Part shown: one piece after another, positions 49,799 through 59,999 of the stretch
Layout of the letters: each line of letters opens with the position of its first letter
Numbering within the stretch: position 1 is the first letter of the stretch
NCBI GenBank assembly: GCA_038882955.1
Contig: JAVZNC010000007.1
Location: 1-60,965, forward strand
Direction: 5' to 3'
DNA length: 60,965 nt
Source of the DNA: Candidatus Bathyarchaeia archaeon
GTDB lineage: Archaea > Thermoproteota > Bathyarchaeia > Bathyarchaeales > Bathycorpusculaceae
The notes under the pieces: generated by a model
Database searches by the model: none
What the model was told of the DNA's origin: nothing
Seen by the model: only the letters and a program-made list of their open reading frames with translations
Translations under genes and position numbers: made by a program

Positions 49799-51388
49799 CT
49801 AACCGTTCAAAGCGCGTGTTTCCTTTTCGTAAACAATCTTGCCGCCAACAATAACCATCTCGACGTCGACATCCCTCATCTTTTCAGGCGGTATCCTATC
49901 CAAATCCTCGGACAAAACAACCATGTCAGCAAGCTTCCCCGCTTCGATGCTTCCCTTCAAGTTTTCCTCAAAAGAAGCGTAAGCAGCATTCAAAGTATAA
50001 GTCCTAAGCGCCTCGTCCAAACTAAGCCTTTCCTCGGCGAAGTTTGCCTTCGCAACAGCAGCCCAAACTCCCAAAAGCGGATTAATAGGCTCAACAGGCG
50101 AATCAGAACCAGAAGCCACCACTATGCCTTCACGCATGAGCGTCTTAAAAGGGTAAACCCAACGTCCACGCTTTTCGCCGACACGTTGAAAAACCCAAAA
50201 GTCAGAAACAACAAAATGAGGCTGAACAGAGGCAATTAACCCCAAACGTTTTATGCGCTTAATCAACCGCGGATTCAAAACAGAACAATGCTCAATCCTA
50301 TGCCTATGATCAGCACGCGGAAAAGCCTTAAACGCCTTCTCATAAGCCTTCAAAACAGCCTCAACTGCGCGATCACCAATGGCATGAACAGCCAACTGCA
50401 AACCAGCCTTGTGCGCTTTCAAAACAAGCTTGTTAAGGCTACGCTGCGTGTAAAGCAGCATCCCACTCGTCTTGGGGTCGTCAGAATAAGGCTCTTTTAA
50501 TGCGGCTGTCCGCGCGCCAAGCGAACCATCAGCGAAAACCTTAACAAAACCAAGCCTAAGCATGTTGTTGCCAAAGCCCGTAAGCAAACCCAAACCAACA
50601 AGCGAATCCAAAAGCCTAGCGGGAACACCAAGATAAACCCTTAATGGCAGTTTTCCCTCAAAACAGAGCATCTGAATAACACGGATCTCATCAACCGAAT
50701 CGGCAACCCAATGGACGCCAGTAAGCCCAACCTTTACAGCCTCTTGACAAGCGCGAATGCAAGATTCCTCCATACTCTTTAAGTCTGGTTTAGGGACAAC
50801 CCTCCAGACAAGTTCTAAAGCGTTTTCACGCAAAACCCCAGTAGGCTCGCCACTAGCATCCAAATCCACTTTTCCACCGTCAACCACCGTTTCCCGCGTT
50901 ATGCCAGCCAACTTCAACGCGCTACTGTTGGCAACGCCAATGTGCCCACAAACACGCACCAAAAAAACTGGCTTATCCCCAACAGCGGCATCCAAATCCC
51001 AACGGTTCGGAAGACGCTTCTCAACAAACCGCTCATAGTCCCATCTTCCGCCCAAAATCCATGGCTTACCGGGATTTTTCGCTACAAAATCGCGGATTCT
51101 CTGCTGCACTTCCACAATTGATTTTGCATCCCTCAAATCAACAGTTTGCAAAAAACTCCCAAAACCAGCCATATGCACATGGCAATCGACAAACCCTGGA
51201 ATAATGCTCTTGCCTTTTGCATCAACAACCCTTGTCTCGCCTGACACGTACCTGCGAACCGCATTGTCAGAGCCTACAGCCACTATCCTATCGCCAAAAA
51301 TGGCAATCGCTTCAGCACGCGGTCTACGCTCATCCAAAGTAACGACGTTAGCATTCAAAATGACGAGGCTAGCGCCAAACATGCACAT
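49799..51388 (-). CDS. YtcJ-like amidohydrolase
   Basis: PGFVDCHVH, KVFADGSLGARTA, HAIGD, RIEH, GSDSP. Confidence 0.9.
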   Translation of the reverse strand: MCMFGASLVILNANVVTLDERRPRAEAIAIFGDRIVAVGSDNAVRRYVSGETRVVDAKGKSIIPGFVDCHVHMAGFGSFLQTVDLRDAKSIVEVQQRIRDFVAKNPGKPWILGGRWDYERFVEKRLPNRWDLDAAVGDKPVFLVRVCGHIGVANSSALKLAGITRETVVDGGKVDLDASGEPTGVLRENALELVWRVVPKPDLKSMEESCIRACQEAVKVGLTGVHWVADSVDEIRVIQMLCFEGKLPLRVYLGVPARLLDSLVGLGLLTGFGNNMLRLGFVKVFADGSLGARTAALKEPYSDDPKTSGMLLYTQRSLNKLVLKAHKAGLQLAVHAIGDRAVEAVLKAYEKAFKAFPRADHRHRIEHCSVLNPRLIKRIKRLGLIASVQPHFVVSDFWVFQRVGEKRGRWVYPFKTLMREGIVVASGSDSPVEPINPLLGVWAAVAKANFAEERLSLDEALRTYTLNAAYASFEENLKGSIEAGKLADMVVLSEDLDRIPPEKMRDVDVEMVIVGGKIVYEKETRALNG

Positions 51389-51416
51389 ACAATATCAAAC
51401 AAACAAGATAAAAACT

Positions 51417-51578
51417 TTAAACCCAATTCTGCCCAGGCTTACGCTGCAAAAGCAAACGCTTCTCATAATTACGCTTATTCCTAAACCTAGGCGAGGGGCT
51501 TTTCTTCCCCAAAGGCTGAACCTTAGGAGTCTGAGACCTAACCTTACCAGCCTTCGAAAGCGAACCATGCGTAGGCAT
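51417..51578 (-). CDS. rps30e: 30S ribosomal protein S30e (eS30), not in ORF track
   Basis: Translates to [53 protein letters not shown]. HGSLxxAGKVRxQTPK is the eS30 signature. Confidence 0.95.
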   Translation of the reverse strand: MPTHGSLSKAGKVRSQTPKVQPLGKKSPSPRFRNKRNYEKRLLLQRKPGQNWV

Positions 51579-51653
51579 ACGCTAATCACCAACAACAATA
51601 AAAAACCACAGTAACTCTTAAACCTTTTCCACACAAAAATCACACATCGAAAA

Positions 51654-51738
51654 GCGGGGGTCGCCGAGCCTGGTCAAAGGCGCAGGCTTCAGGAGCCTGT
51701 CCCATAGGGGTTCGTGGGTTCAAATCCCACCCCCCGCA
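51654..51738 (+). tRNA. tRNA-Leu(CAG)
   Basis: GCGGGGG/CCCCCGC acceptor, CAGGC-TT-CAG-GA-GCCTG anticodon arm, long variable arm, TTCAAAT loop. Confidence 0.96.
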
Positions 51739-51783
51739 CTAATTTACTGGTAAATTTTAAATACATGAAACGTTATTTTATTA

Positions 51784-52332
51784 TTGGTGGGTTTAGTGAA
51801 GCCGGATAGAGGCAAGACGAAGACAATTAAGGATCGGGCTGTTTATGTTTATTTGCCTTCTTTGGAGATGGTTGAGGATTGGAAGCGGCGGGCTGAAAAA
51901 TCTGGAGTCTCAATTTCAAAGTTTGTTATAGAGCGTGTTGAAGAGTCTATTAGGCGGGAGGAAGGGGAAGAGAGTTATGTTAGCCGTGCTGAGCTTGTTA
52001 AGAGGCTGAGGAATGCTGAGGAGGAATTGAAAAAGCTACGGGACGAGAATAGGCTTTTGAAAAGGCTTGCCGAGAATCTCGACAATGAGCTTAAGCGGTA
52101 TAGGGCTCAGCCTTTCCTTGAAGAAACTTTTGAAGGCATTAGAAGATTCGATAAAGACCTTATAGAGCTGTTGAGAAAAGGCGGATCTTACACCCAAGAG
52201 AACATTCTGTCACATCTAAATATAGATCCTTCTGATGCTGATTTGGTGAATGCCGTAAGTAAACAGCTTGAGGCTCTGGAAGCCTACGGATTAGTCGAAT
52301 ATAAGGGAAGAGGATGGAAATGGAAAGGCTAA
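51784..52332 (+). CDS. Integrase-associated DNA-binding protein (RHH-like, coiled coil, winged helix)
   Basis: VYVYLP...WKRRAEKSGVSISKFVIERVE is RHH-like. Overlaps the integrase start. Confidence 0.7.
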   Translation: MVGLVKPDRGKTKTIKDRAVYVYLPSLEMVEDWKRRAEKSGVSISKFVIERVEESIRREEGEESYVSRAELVKRLRNAEEELKKLRDENRLLKRLAENLDNELKRYRAQPFLEETFEGIRRFDKDLIELLRKGGSYTQENILSHLNIDPSDADLVNAVSKQLEALEAYGLVEYKGRGWKWKG

Positions 52333-53270
52333 CTTTGAGAACACTTCAGAGCCCGCAACGCTTCATCGAGAATTTTTGCAGAGACTGCGAACTAAGAGGG
52401 ATGACAGAAGAAAGCATAAGAAGATACAAATCCAGCCTCAAAATATTCACACGATTCCTAAACCGGAATGGCTTAAACATAAATGATGTTAACGCCTACA
52501 CGCTGAGGGACTTCCTACAACATATTATCTATGAGAGAAAGAACAAGCATAAAACCGTTGAAAACTATTTTTCGGCTTTATCAGCCTTCTACGACTACCT
52601 AACCTTTGAAGGAATAGCAAACACAAACATCATACTCCCCTTTAGGAAAAGGTACCTGCGACGCTACAAGAATGGATTTGACGATCCTGAGCGTAAACTC
52701 CTCAGCATAGAAGAAATGAGCAAACTCGTGAACTCAATAATGGATCCACGAGACAAAGCCATTGCCGTGTTCCTAGCTAAAACTGGAATAAGAAGAGGCG
52801 AGCTCTTAAGGCTTGACGTTGATGACATAAACTGGGAAGAATATTCCATAACATTAAAGCCCACACCCAAAAGAAGCAACAGAATCGTCTTCTTCGACGA
52901 CGAATGCGCACTCGCCTTAATAAGGTGGCTTAAGGTTAGAGAAAAGCTAAACCCGCCCACAAAAGCCCTATTCATAAGCTACCAAAGCCTAAAAAGGTTA
53001 GACAGAAACAGCATCTACACAGCCATAACAAAATACGCCAAACGCCTAGGCTACCACAACCCAAAATCGCCAAAACTAGAAGACCACTTTGGACCACATT
53101 GCTTCAGACACTGGTTCACAACATGGCTCCTAAGAAACGGCATGCCCCGCGAATACGTAAAAGAACTAAGAGGAGACAAAAGAAAGGAAGCAATAGACAT
53201 ATACTATCACATAGACAAACAAGAATTAAGAAGAGCCTATCTTGCATGTATACCAAAACTAGGAATCTAA
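52314..53270 (+). CDS. Tyrosine recombinase/integrase
   Basis: N-terminal SAM-like domain, TGIRRGEL (Arg), HCFRH (HxxR), LRGD, DIYYH (Tyr). Confidence 0.93.
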   Translation: MEMERLTLRTLQSPQRFIENFCRDCELRGMTEESIRRYKSSLKIFTRFLNRNGLNINDVNAYTLRDFLQHIIYERKNKHKTVENYFSALSAFYDYLTFEGIANTNIILPFRKRYLRRYKNGFDDPERKLLSIEEMSKLVNSIMDPRDKAIAVFLAKTGIRRGELLRLDVDDINWEEYSITLKPTPKRSNRIVFFDDECALALIRWLKVREKLNPPTKALFISYQSLKRLDRNSIYTAITKYAKRLGYHNPKSPKLEDHFGPHCFRHWFTTWLLRNGMPREYVKELRGDKRKEAIDIYYHIDKQELRRAYLACIPKLGI

Positions 53271-53282
53271 AAATAAAGATTT

Positions 53283-54800
53283 TTACATGTAAAAGCGGTA
53301 TTCAGGGCGCGGGATAACTTCTTCCGGGATGTACGCAAGAATTCTGCCTACTTGGCGGGAGTAGGCAAGAGTCACTGGTTCGCTTATGCAGAAATCTGCG
53401 CTGTTCCAGTTTAGTTTAGTTAATGCAAAAATTTCTTTGCAGATTGTCTCTATAGGAGAGTCACCGTAATGTTCCACGATTTCGAGGGGAACGGGCACTC
53501 TAAGTCCCGGATAAGTTTTGTAATAGGGTATCCAGCCTCGGGTGAAAAGAACGTAATTTTTTTCTCCTATCTTTATCACAGTCCCTCTTATCGGCGGATA
53601 GATTCCTTTTTTCCGCATAAATCTTATGCCTCTACTCTGGATTGCAACATAATCTTTTATTTTTACGTCTTTTGCAGCTTCGTTAAAGCCAGAAAGTTCT
53701 TCTGACCAATACCTCGAACTTTTGTGGACAACCAATCGAATTGGTGGTTGTCCCATTTGCCTCTGGTATAATTGAATAATATCTTTCATGAGCTGGAATG
53801 CAGCCTTTTTGGATAAATGCGGTGATCGTGTTTTTTCTTCAACTATTGCTCTTCCGCCTCTAAGCACAAGTCCTTCTCCAGTGTGAGTAAACACTTGAGC
53901 CATGCTTGTCTTCATGGTTCCTTGCGGGTCAGAGAGATCTTTATAAAATGTAATACCGGCGTAGCACGTACCCGGTGACATTTCTGTTAATTTCCAAGGA
54001 TAGCCTTCTGCTTTGTAGTAAATTGCCACAGAGAAGTTCCACGCTCTTGTTGCATCATCTTGAAGCGACCTATCTTTTGATTGACCTGTGAATGTTTGTG
54101 GTTTTGCTATTTGCGTTGGAATACCAATTTGCATCGCCTCTGCTTTTATGATGCATCTTAAGTCGCTAGCTTCTGGTATAAAGTCCAGAGTGCTTTCGTC
54201 AAAAGGTATTAGCGTCGTCTGTCCGATTCTGCGATGATGCTTAATTATTTTTAGTATCTCTTTTTCTTGTTTAGTGAGTCTGCCACGAGTCAAAAGTGGG
54301 CCCTTCTTTCTGGTTGCACATTTATCAACGATTTCCTGGGGTAAGGCGCATATAACAACATGGGGCCTAGGCTCGCGTACCTGTAGATTTCGAAGCTTTT
54401 CAACAAATAATTTGGCCGCGTTCTTTACGCGTCTATGAAAGTCCGTTATTTTTAGAACTCTTCCAATCTCTGCTTCCGTTAAAACTTCTATGCATTGGCT
54501 AAGAACACGAAGTTCGCTGCCGAATATTCTTCTAAAGCCTGGGAACGATTGAAAAAGTCGCGGGTTTTCTGGTTTACCCGGAATTTTGCTTTGGCACTTC
54601 TTTATCCATTGTTGTGCAAGGTCTATAGTTTCTCCAGAGCCAATGATGCCTATACGTATGGAAGATGATATGGCTTTTCTGCCAGGTAACATGCATGGAC
54701 CGTAAGCAAGTAGCCCCATTTTGGGATCAATGTAATGTTTGTTCTCTCCGAAAGTTAACAATGGTTCTTCAATGAATAGGCTCTGGAAAGGCGTAGTCAT
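53283..54800 (-). CDS. Short prokaryotic Argonaute (MID-PIWI, catalytically inactive)
   Basis: EEPLLTFG..DPKMGL..YGP, IKAEAM..GIPTQI, WNFSVAIYYKAEGYPW, CYAGITFY, VVHKSS, RGT, LTKLNWNS, PVTL, YRFYM C-terminus. No N or PAZ domain. Confidence 0.93.
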   Translation of the reverse strand: MTTPFQSLFIEEPLLTFGENKHYIDPKMGLLAYGPCMLPGRKAISSSIRIGIIGSGETIDLAQQWIKKCQSKIPGKPENPRLFQSFPGFRRIFGSELRVLSQCIEVLTEAEIGRVLKITDFHRRVKNAAKLFVEKLRNLQVREPRPHVVICALPQEIVDKCATRKKGPLLTRGRLTKQEKEILKIIKHHRRIGQTTLIPFDESTLDFIPEASDLRCIIKAEAMQIGIPTQIAKPQTFTGQSKDRSLQDDATRAWNFSVAIYYKAEGYPWKLTEMSPGTCYAGITFYKDLSDPQGTMKTSMAQVFTHTGEGLVLRGGRAIVEEKTRSPHLSKKAAFQLMKDIIQLYQRQMGQPPIRLVVHKSSRYWSEELSGFNEAAKDVKIKDYVAIQSRGIRFMRKKGIYPPIRGTVIKIGEKNYVLFTRGWIPYYKTYPGLRVPVPLEIVEHYGDSPIETICKEIFALTKLNWNSADFCISEPVTLAYSRQVGRILAYIPEEVIPRPEYRFYM

Positions 54801-56122
54801 TGTTTAATCTCCTTAGCAGTGTCATTTTTGTTTTTCCGTAGTTTGCTTGAAGGGATTGTTTCTTTTGCTATGCCTATTTCAATAGGCACTGCCATGGGAG
54901 TTGTAGCGATTTCTATTTTTTGATCTCCAGCGGGAATGGATATTGTTACGTCAAGTTTTGAGAGATATTTTGCCCAGAACCTTACTAGGAGAAGATATGT
55001 GTTGTTATATTGTTTTGGTAGCCATCGGCTCATTAGTGAGGCGAGTTTATCTAGGCGAAAGGGGTTATATCCGTCGCTGGTAAAGGTTATGGTTGGCTCG
55101 ATTTTCAGGAATATGTTATCGTCGAGGAACATGAATCTTAGTTCCGCGGCGTAGTGTCGACAGTATAGAAGACCGCCTTGTTTGCTGTAAACTTTTTTTG
55201 CGATGGTTCTATGCACGAATTTTGAGCCTGCCCTCCAAGAGAAAATGTTGTCTTTTCCGTCTTCTTTTAAGAGGCAAGTATACCTGCGGTGCTTTTTATC
55301 ATAGCGCATACCTCGTTCTTGGCAATACACTCTGAGGGTTAGATTGAGAAGGCGTATCAAATCGTTTCTTTTAGCGCCGTTTTTTATCCATTCATATGTA
55401 AGTTCTTCTAAAATCTCGTTGGTTAAGATGATGGGTTTAAATGGTGATGATGGACTTTTCAGGTTGTGAAATGTGTATAGTCTTTTGCTTTTTAGGATGA
55501 AGGGATATCGGCTGATCTCATCGCCTAGGTTTTTAAATACCTCTGGTTCTGTTTTGATGTCCGTTGGCGAGCTGAAAATTGTTGAAGGGTACTTTATGAC
55601 TGGGAAAAGATTGGACATTAGTAGTTCTTGCTTTTTGTCTGGGCTAGGGGCTTCGGGTGGGATGATTTCTTTTGTTGGAGTTTTGCCTTCTGATTGAGCT
55701 TGGTCGATGAGACCGAGAACGATGTTTTTAAATTCTGTTTCTATATATTTTGTGTCTTCTAGTATTTTTGCGCCGTTGATTAGTTCTCCATACATTGTTA
55801 TGCCTTTTCTTCGTTCTGATATGGCGACTTTGGAGAAATCGCGTTGGTAGTCTTCGTTAGCTAGTATTTCTGGGCTTGCAATAAGGAGTTTTATGTTCGC
55901 GTCAGATTGTTGGATAAGGCTGAGGTCTCTATAAAAGTTTTGTTTTGTAGGAGACCATATTATTTCTATGCAAATGCTGATGCCGTTAGGGGTCACAGCG
56001 AAGATGTCAAGTTCGTGACCGGCAGAAAGGTATTCTTCTAGGCTGGCACCTGTCCACTCTTGCAGCTTGCTGGAGATTATGTTTTTTATTTCTTTATGTT
56101 CTGTGGATTCTGAAAGTGGCAC
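54797..56122 (-). CDS. APAZ-domain partner of short pAgo with N-terminal PD-(D/E)xK-like nuclease domain
   Basis: C-terminal ELLMSNLFPV, RLYTFHNL, RHYA..LRF, LKIEPTITFTSDG, YN..Y....RFW are APAZ-like. N-terminal ES.EH..IK / E / LDIF / IEII is restriction-endonuclease-like. ATGA-coupled to pAgo. Confidence 0.82.
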   Translation of the reverse strand: MPLSESTEHKEIKNIISSKLQEWTGASLEEYLSAGHELDIFAVTPNGISICIEIIWSPTKQNFYRDLSLIQQSDANIKLLIASPEILANEDYQRDFSKVAISERRKGITMYGELINGAKILEDTKYIETEFKNIVLGLIDQAQSEGKTPTKEIIPPEAPSPDKKQELLMSNLFPVIKYPSTIFSSPTDIKTEPEVFKNLGDEISRYPFILKSKRLYTFHNLKSPSSPFKPIILTNEILEELTYEWIKNGAKRNDLIRLLNLTLRVYCQERGMRYDKKHRRYTCLLKEDGKDNIFSWRAGSKFVHRTIAKKVYSKQGGLLYCRHYAAELRFMFLDDNIFLKIEPTITFTSDGYNPFRLDKLASLMSRWLPKQYNNTYLLLVRFWAKYLSKLDVTISIPAGDQKIEIATTPMAVPIEIGIAKETIPSSKLRKNKNDTAKEIKQ

Positions 56123-56205
56123 GAAGAGAACACTCCTGTGAGTTTACAGTAGTAATACTTACGTTCTAGTCTTTTAGCAATTGTGAATAACCTTTTTGCA
56201 ATGCG

Positions 56206-56544
56206 TTATAGGATGTCGTTTAGTTCTAGGAGGCTTGCGAGGATTTTTCTTTCCAGCCCTTTTGCTTCTACATCATTCACTTTCTCGTGTAGTTGTTTGT
56301 AGAAGTCGCCGTTGTGATATTTGCTTTTGAGTTTGTAATGCGCGAGTTCATGGAGTATTAGGTATTTAATACATTCTTGATCTAAGCTTGGAAGTATGTT
56401 CTTGTTTATTCGTATGATGTTTCTTTTGAGGGATATGGATGCTGCTTTTGTTTTCATGGGTTTTAGTTCTATTTTTATTTTTTCGGAGATATTGAAGTCT
56501 TGTTTGATTTCGTTTAGGATTTCGTTTAGTTGTTCTTTGTTCAA
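56206..56544 (-). CDS. YgjP/DUF45 (M48-like) metallopeptidase domain protein
   Basis: YLILHELAH...HNGDFY, in its typical position downstream of hsdR. Confidence 0.85.
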   Translation of the reverse strand: MNKEQLNEILNEIKQDFNISEKIKIELKPMKTKAASISLKRNIIRINKNILPSLDQECIKYLILHELAHYKLKSKYHNGDFYKQLHEKVNDVEAKGLERKILASLLELNDIL

Positions 56545-59500
56545 GCGGCGATGCCTCCTGTTTTTCTGGCTTTTTCGATTTCTTCTATTATGTATTCTTT
56601 TGTGACTATTTCTGCGAAGTTTTTTAGTTCTGGAAGAATTTGTTTTATTTCTCCTTTTTCTTTTTTCATTTCTTTGAATAGATCTTTCATTAGGGCTGTC
56701 CTGAGTGTGTTTTCGTGGTATGTGACGATTTTTGTGGCTTTTATTGCTTCTGGAAGGGTTTTTCTGAGTTCTGTTAGTTTGAAGGTTAGTTCTTTTTTGT
56801 CTGCAAATTGTTGGTTTATTAGAAGGTTCACGGTCTCAGTTATTCTTTCAATTATTGGTTTGTTTGCGATTTTTTCGTCGTATTTTATTTTTTCTTCCAT
56901 TGATTCTGAGAGTATTTTGATGAATAGTGCGGTGTCTATGTTTCTTGTGGTCCATGCTTCTCTTGCTTTTTCTATTCTTTCGTGTATTGCTTTGTATACG
57001 GGGTTGGCTAGGTCTGTTTCGAGGAGGCTTCTTAGGATTCTGTATGCGTCTGCTACTGTTTGTTCTTGGATTATTTCTTTGGCTGAGATTTTCTCTCTGA
57101 GTTTTTGCAGGGTGGTTTTTAGCATTTCGTTGCTTATTTCGGTCTTTATTATTGTGCGGAATTCATCTACCAGGGTTTTTTCGTGTATGAGTTCTATTAG
57201 TCCTTCCCAGAATTCTTTGGGAACTTTGCCTCCTTTGATGTAGTAAAGTATTTTTCCGTAAATGTAGGATAGGAGTTCTATTTCTTCGACGTAGTGGATT
57301 TTTTCTATGTGTGAGCTTAGTGCTTTGAATTGGTCTATTGTTTCTTTTAGCATATTTAGTAGGGTTTGGGTTTCTGGTGTGTTCCAGAATGCGGCTATTA
57401 TTCTTGTTTTTGGGTCTATTGTTTCTTTGAGGGTTTCTAGGGCTTTTGTTTTGTTGGTTTTTATTTCTGTTTTTATTTTGTCGATGTCTATGCTTAGATC
57501 TCTTTCTTCTATTGTTAATGTTTTCATGAATCGTTTTAGGTTGTTTAGGTTTTGTTTGAATTCTTCGACTTTCTTTTCTATTATGCCGAGCACGTTTTCT
57601 TCTATGTCTGCGGCTATTCTGTTGTCTGCGATTAGTTCGAATTTTCTTAGGCTTTCTTTGACATGTCTTAGTAGGCCTATGGAGTCGACGATTAGCCCGT
57701 ATTTTTTCTCGGTTATTTCGTTTTTGTAGGGTCTGTTTACTCTTGCTATTGCTTGTAGGAGTCGGTGTTCATATAGTGGTTTGTCGAGATACATGACTTT
57801 TAGTTTTGGTGCGTCGAAGCCTGTTATTAGCATGTCTGTGACTATTAGGATTCTTGGATTTTCCTCTTCTTTGAATTCTCGTTGTATGTCTAGGTTTATT
57901 TCGTTTGTATCGTTTTTTCCTCTTTTTTTGGTTATTTGTTCTTTGTAGTCTAGGATTGCTCCTCTGTCGTTGTGTTGGTAGGTCATTACGATTTCTGTCC
58001 ATTTTTTGACTTCTTCGCCGTAGCGTTTGGTGTAGAGTTTTTGGAGTTCGTTGTCTAGGTATTTTTTCATGTGGACGCATGCTTCTCGGTTTGCTGTTAC
58101 TATCATGGCTTTGTATTGGAAGTTTTCTGTGTCGGCTTGTATTCTTTGGGCTATGTGTTGGGCTAGTTTTTGTAGTCTTTTTTCGTTTGTTAGGAAGACT
58201 CTTACTTTGGTTAGGTGTTGTCTTATTTCGCTTTTGGTTATGATGAGGCTTTGGGGTGGCAGGGTTTCTGCTGGTTGGCCTGTTTCTAGGAAGGTTTCCA
58301 TGTCGTCGGCTGGGCTTCCCTGTTCGGAGGTTTCGAGCCAGTATTCTATGTATTTTTTGACGTCTTCGTCGTTTAGGAGGATTTTGATGCCTTCTGTGAC
58401 GGGTTTTCCTTCTTGGATTACGTCGTAGACTATGGGTAGGGTGAAGTTGTCGTCTATTGAGTCTTTTATGAAGTAGACGTCTAGGTAGTATTCTTTTGGT
58501 GGGTGGGCGAATTCTATGAAGGTGTTTCTTTCGAATTTGAAGACTGGTGTGCCGGTGAAGGCGAATCTCATGGCGTTTAGGAATACGTTTTTCATCATTG
58601 ATGCGAGTAGGCCATATTGGCTTCTGTGGGCTTCGTCTATTAGGAGGAGGATTTCTCTTTTGTGGATGCCGCCTAGCTCAATGAGTTTCTTTCTTTTCTC
58701 GTCTTGTGGGAGGCTGGCAAGTTCTTTTTGTATTTTTTCGTATTCTTTTTTGTTCGTTTGTTTTGTGTGTTCTATTTGTTCGTTTGCTAGGTTTATGAGG
58801 AGGTTTTCGAAGTCTTCTCTTTGGAATTTTTGGATTAGTACTATGTTGATTCCTTTTGTTATGATTCCTTGTTTGTATTCGCTTCTTTTTATTGTGGTTA
58901 TTTCTTGTTTTAGTTGTTCGATGTTTTCGATGGTTTTGAGGTAGCTTTTGAATCTTGGTGCTTTTAGGGCTTCTAGGAAGTCTTTGAGTTGTCTTTGTAG
59001 GTCTATGCGGTCTATTATGAAGAAGATGAGGGGGTTTCTTTCAAAGTGTTCTTCGAAGTATTTGTTTGCGATGTAGAACATTGTGTAGGTTTTTCCGCTT
59101 CCCTGCCAGTGCCACACTAGACCGTTTTGGGTTTCTTCGCCTTTTAGGTATTCGGCTATTCTTTGTAGGGCTTTTTCTGTTGCAGAGTATTGGTTGTATC
59201 TTCCGATTACTTTGTCTGTTTTTCCGTTTTTTCCTCTGAAGAATGTGAACCATCTTATGATGTTTAGGAGGACGGTTGGTTGTAGTAGGTGGTCTATGGA
59301 TTCTATTTTTATGGTGTTTTCTCCTTGTTGTTTTTCTGTTTTCCATGTTTGGGCTGGCGTTAGTCTTGTTTCTTTGTTCCAGTTTGGGTATGTTGGGAGG
59401 AAGAGTTTTTTGTGGGCGTAGGCTATGGCGAGTTGGGTGTATCTGAATAGTTCTGGGGATTCTTGTTCGTATCTTCTTATTTGGTCTATGGCTTCTTCTT

Positions 59501-59999
59501 CGGAGTCTATTCTTGTTGAGGGTTTTACTTCTATTATTGCGATGGGTATTCCGTTTATGAATAGGGTGAAGTCTGGTTTGGTGTTTCTGGGCTTGCCTGG
59601 ATATTTTATTTCTCCGGCGTAGATTAGGCTGTTGTTTTGGAGGTTTGTGAAGTCTATGAGGCGGTAGGTTCTTTTTTCTCTTCTTTTTACTGTGTATTCC
59701 ACGCCATATTTTAGATAGTCTAGGAGAGAGTCTTCGGGGGCATTTTTTAGTATGTTTTTGACATGATCTAAAACTTCTTTTCTTTCAGCTTCGGTCAGGT
59801 CTTCTAGGATGGACTTGTTTAGTTCGTTAAATTTTTGTTCGAAAAGCGTGTCATGGATAAAGTTTTCTAGAAGCAGGTTTTCAGTTAGACCGTATTTTTC
59901 ACCGTTCTCCCAATCTAAATTTTCCAGTTTACGTTTTAATTCTTCAACATCGGCCCATTCAGGAATTAGAGAGCTGGAAAATTCTGAAAAATCGTTCAT
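56541..59999 (-). CDS. hsdR: Type I restriction enzyme subunit R
   Basis: [18 protein letters not shown] nuclease, [37 protein letters not shown]. Confidence 0.95.
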   Translation of the reverse strand: MNDFSEFSSSLIPEWADVEELKRKLENLDWENGEKYGLTENLLLENFIHDTLFEQKFNELNKSILEDLTEAERKEVLDHVKNILKNAPEDSLLDYLKYGVEYTVKRREKRTYRLIDFTNLQNNSLIYAGEIKYPGKPRNTKPDFTLFINGIPIAIIEVKPSTRIDSEEEAIDQIRRYEQESPELFRYTQLAIAYAHKKLFLPTYPNWNKETRLTPAQTWKTEKQQGENTIKIESIDHLLQPTVLLNIIRWFTFFRGKNGKTDKVIGRYNQYSATEKALQRIAEYLKGEETQNGLVWHWQGSGKTYTMFYIANKYFEEHFERNPLIFFIIDRIDLQRQLKDFLEALKAPRFKSYLKTIENIEQLKQEITTIKRSEYKQGIITKGINIVLIQKFQREDFENLLINLANEQIEHTKQTNKKEYEKIQKELASLPQDEKRKKLIELGGIHKREILLLIDEAHRSQYGLLASMMKNVFLNAMRFAFTGTPVFKFERNTFIEFAHPPKEYYLDVYFIKDSIDDNFTLPIVYDVIQEGKPVTEGIKILLNDEDVKKYIEYWLETSEQGSPADDMETFLETGQPAETLPPQSLIITKSEIRQHLTKVRVFLTNEKRLQKLAQHIAQRIQADTENFQYKAMIVTANREACVHMKKYLDNELQKLYTKRYGEEVKKWTEIVMTYQHNDRGAILDYKEQITKKRGKNDTNEINLDIQREFKEEENPRILIVTDMLITGFDAPKLKVMYLDKPLYEHRLLQAIARVNRPYKNEITEKKYGLIVDSIGLLRHVKESLRKFELIADNRIAADIEENVLGIIEKKVEEFKQNLNNLKRFMKTLTIEERDLSIDIDKIKTEIKTNKTKALETLKETIDPKTRIIAAFWNTPETQTLLNMLKETIDQFKALSSHIEKIHYVEEIELLSYIYGKILYYIKGGKVPKEFWEGLIELIHEKTLVDEFRTIIKTEISNEMLKTTLQKLREKISAKEIIQEQTVADAYRILRSLLETDLANPVYKAIHERIEKAREAWTTRNIDTALFIKILSESMEEKIKYDEKIANKPIIERITETVNLLINQQFADKKELTFKLTELRKTLPEAIKATKIVTYHENTLRTALMKDLFKEMKKEKGEIKQILPELKNFAEIVTKEYIIEEIEKARKTGGIAA

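Noticed and set aside
51395-51643. 82-aa Arg/Leu-rich ORF and the overlapping 136-aa plus-strand ORF
   Set aside because: Alternative frames over the real rps30e gene.
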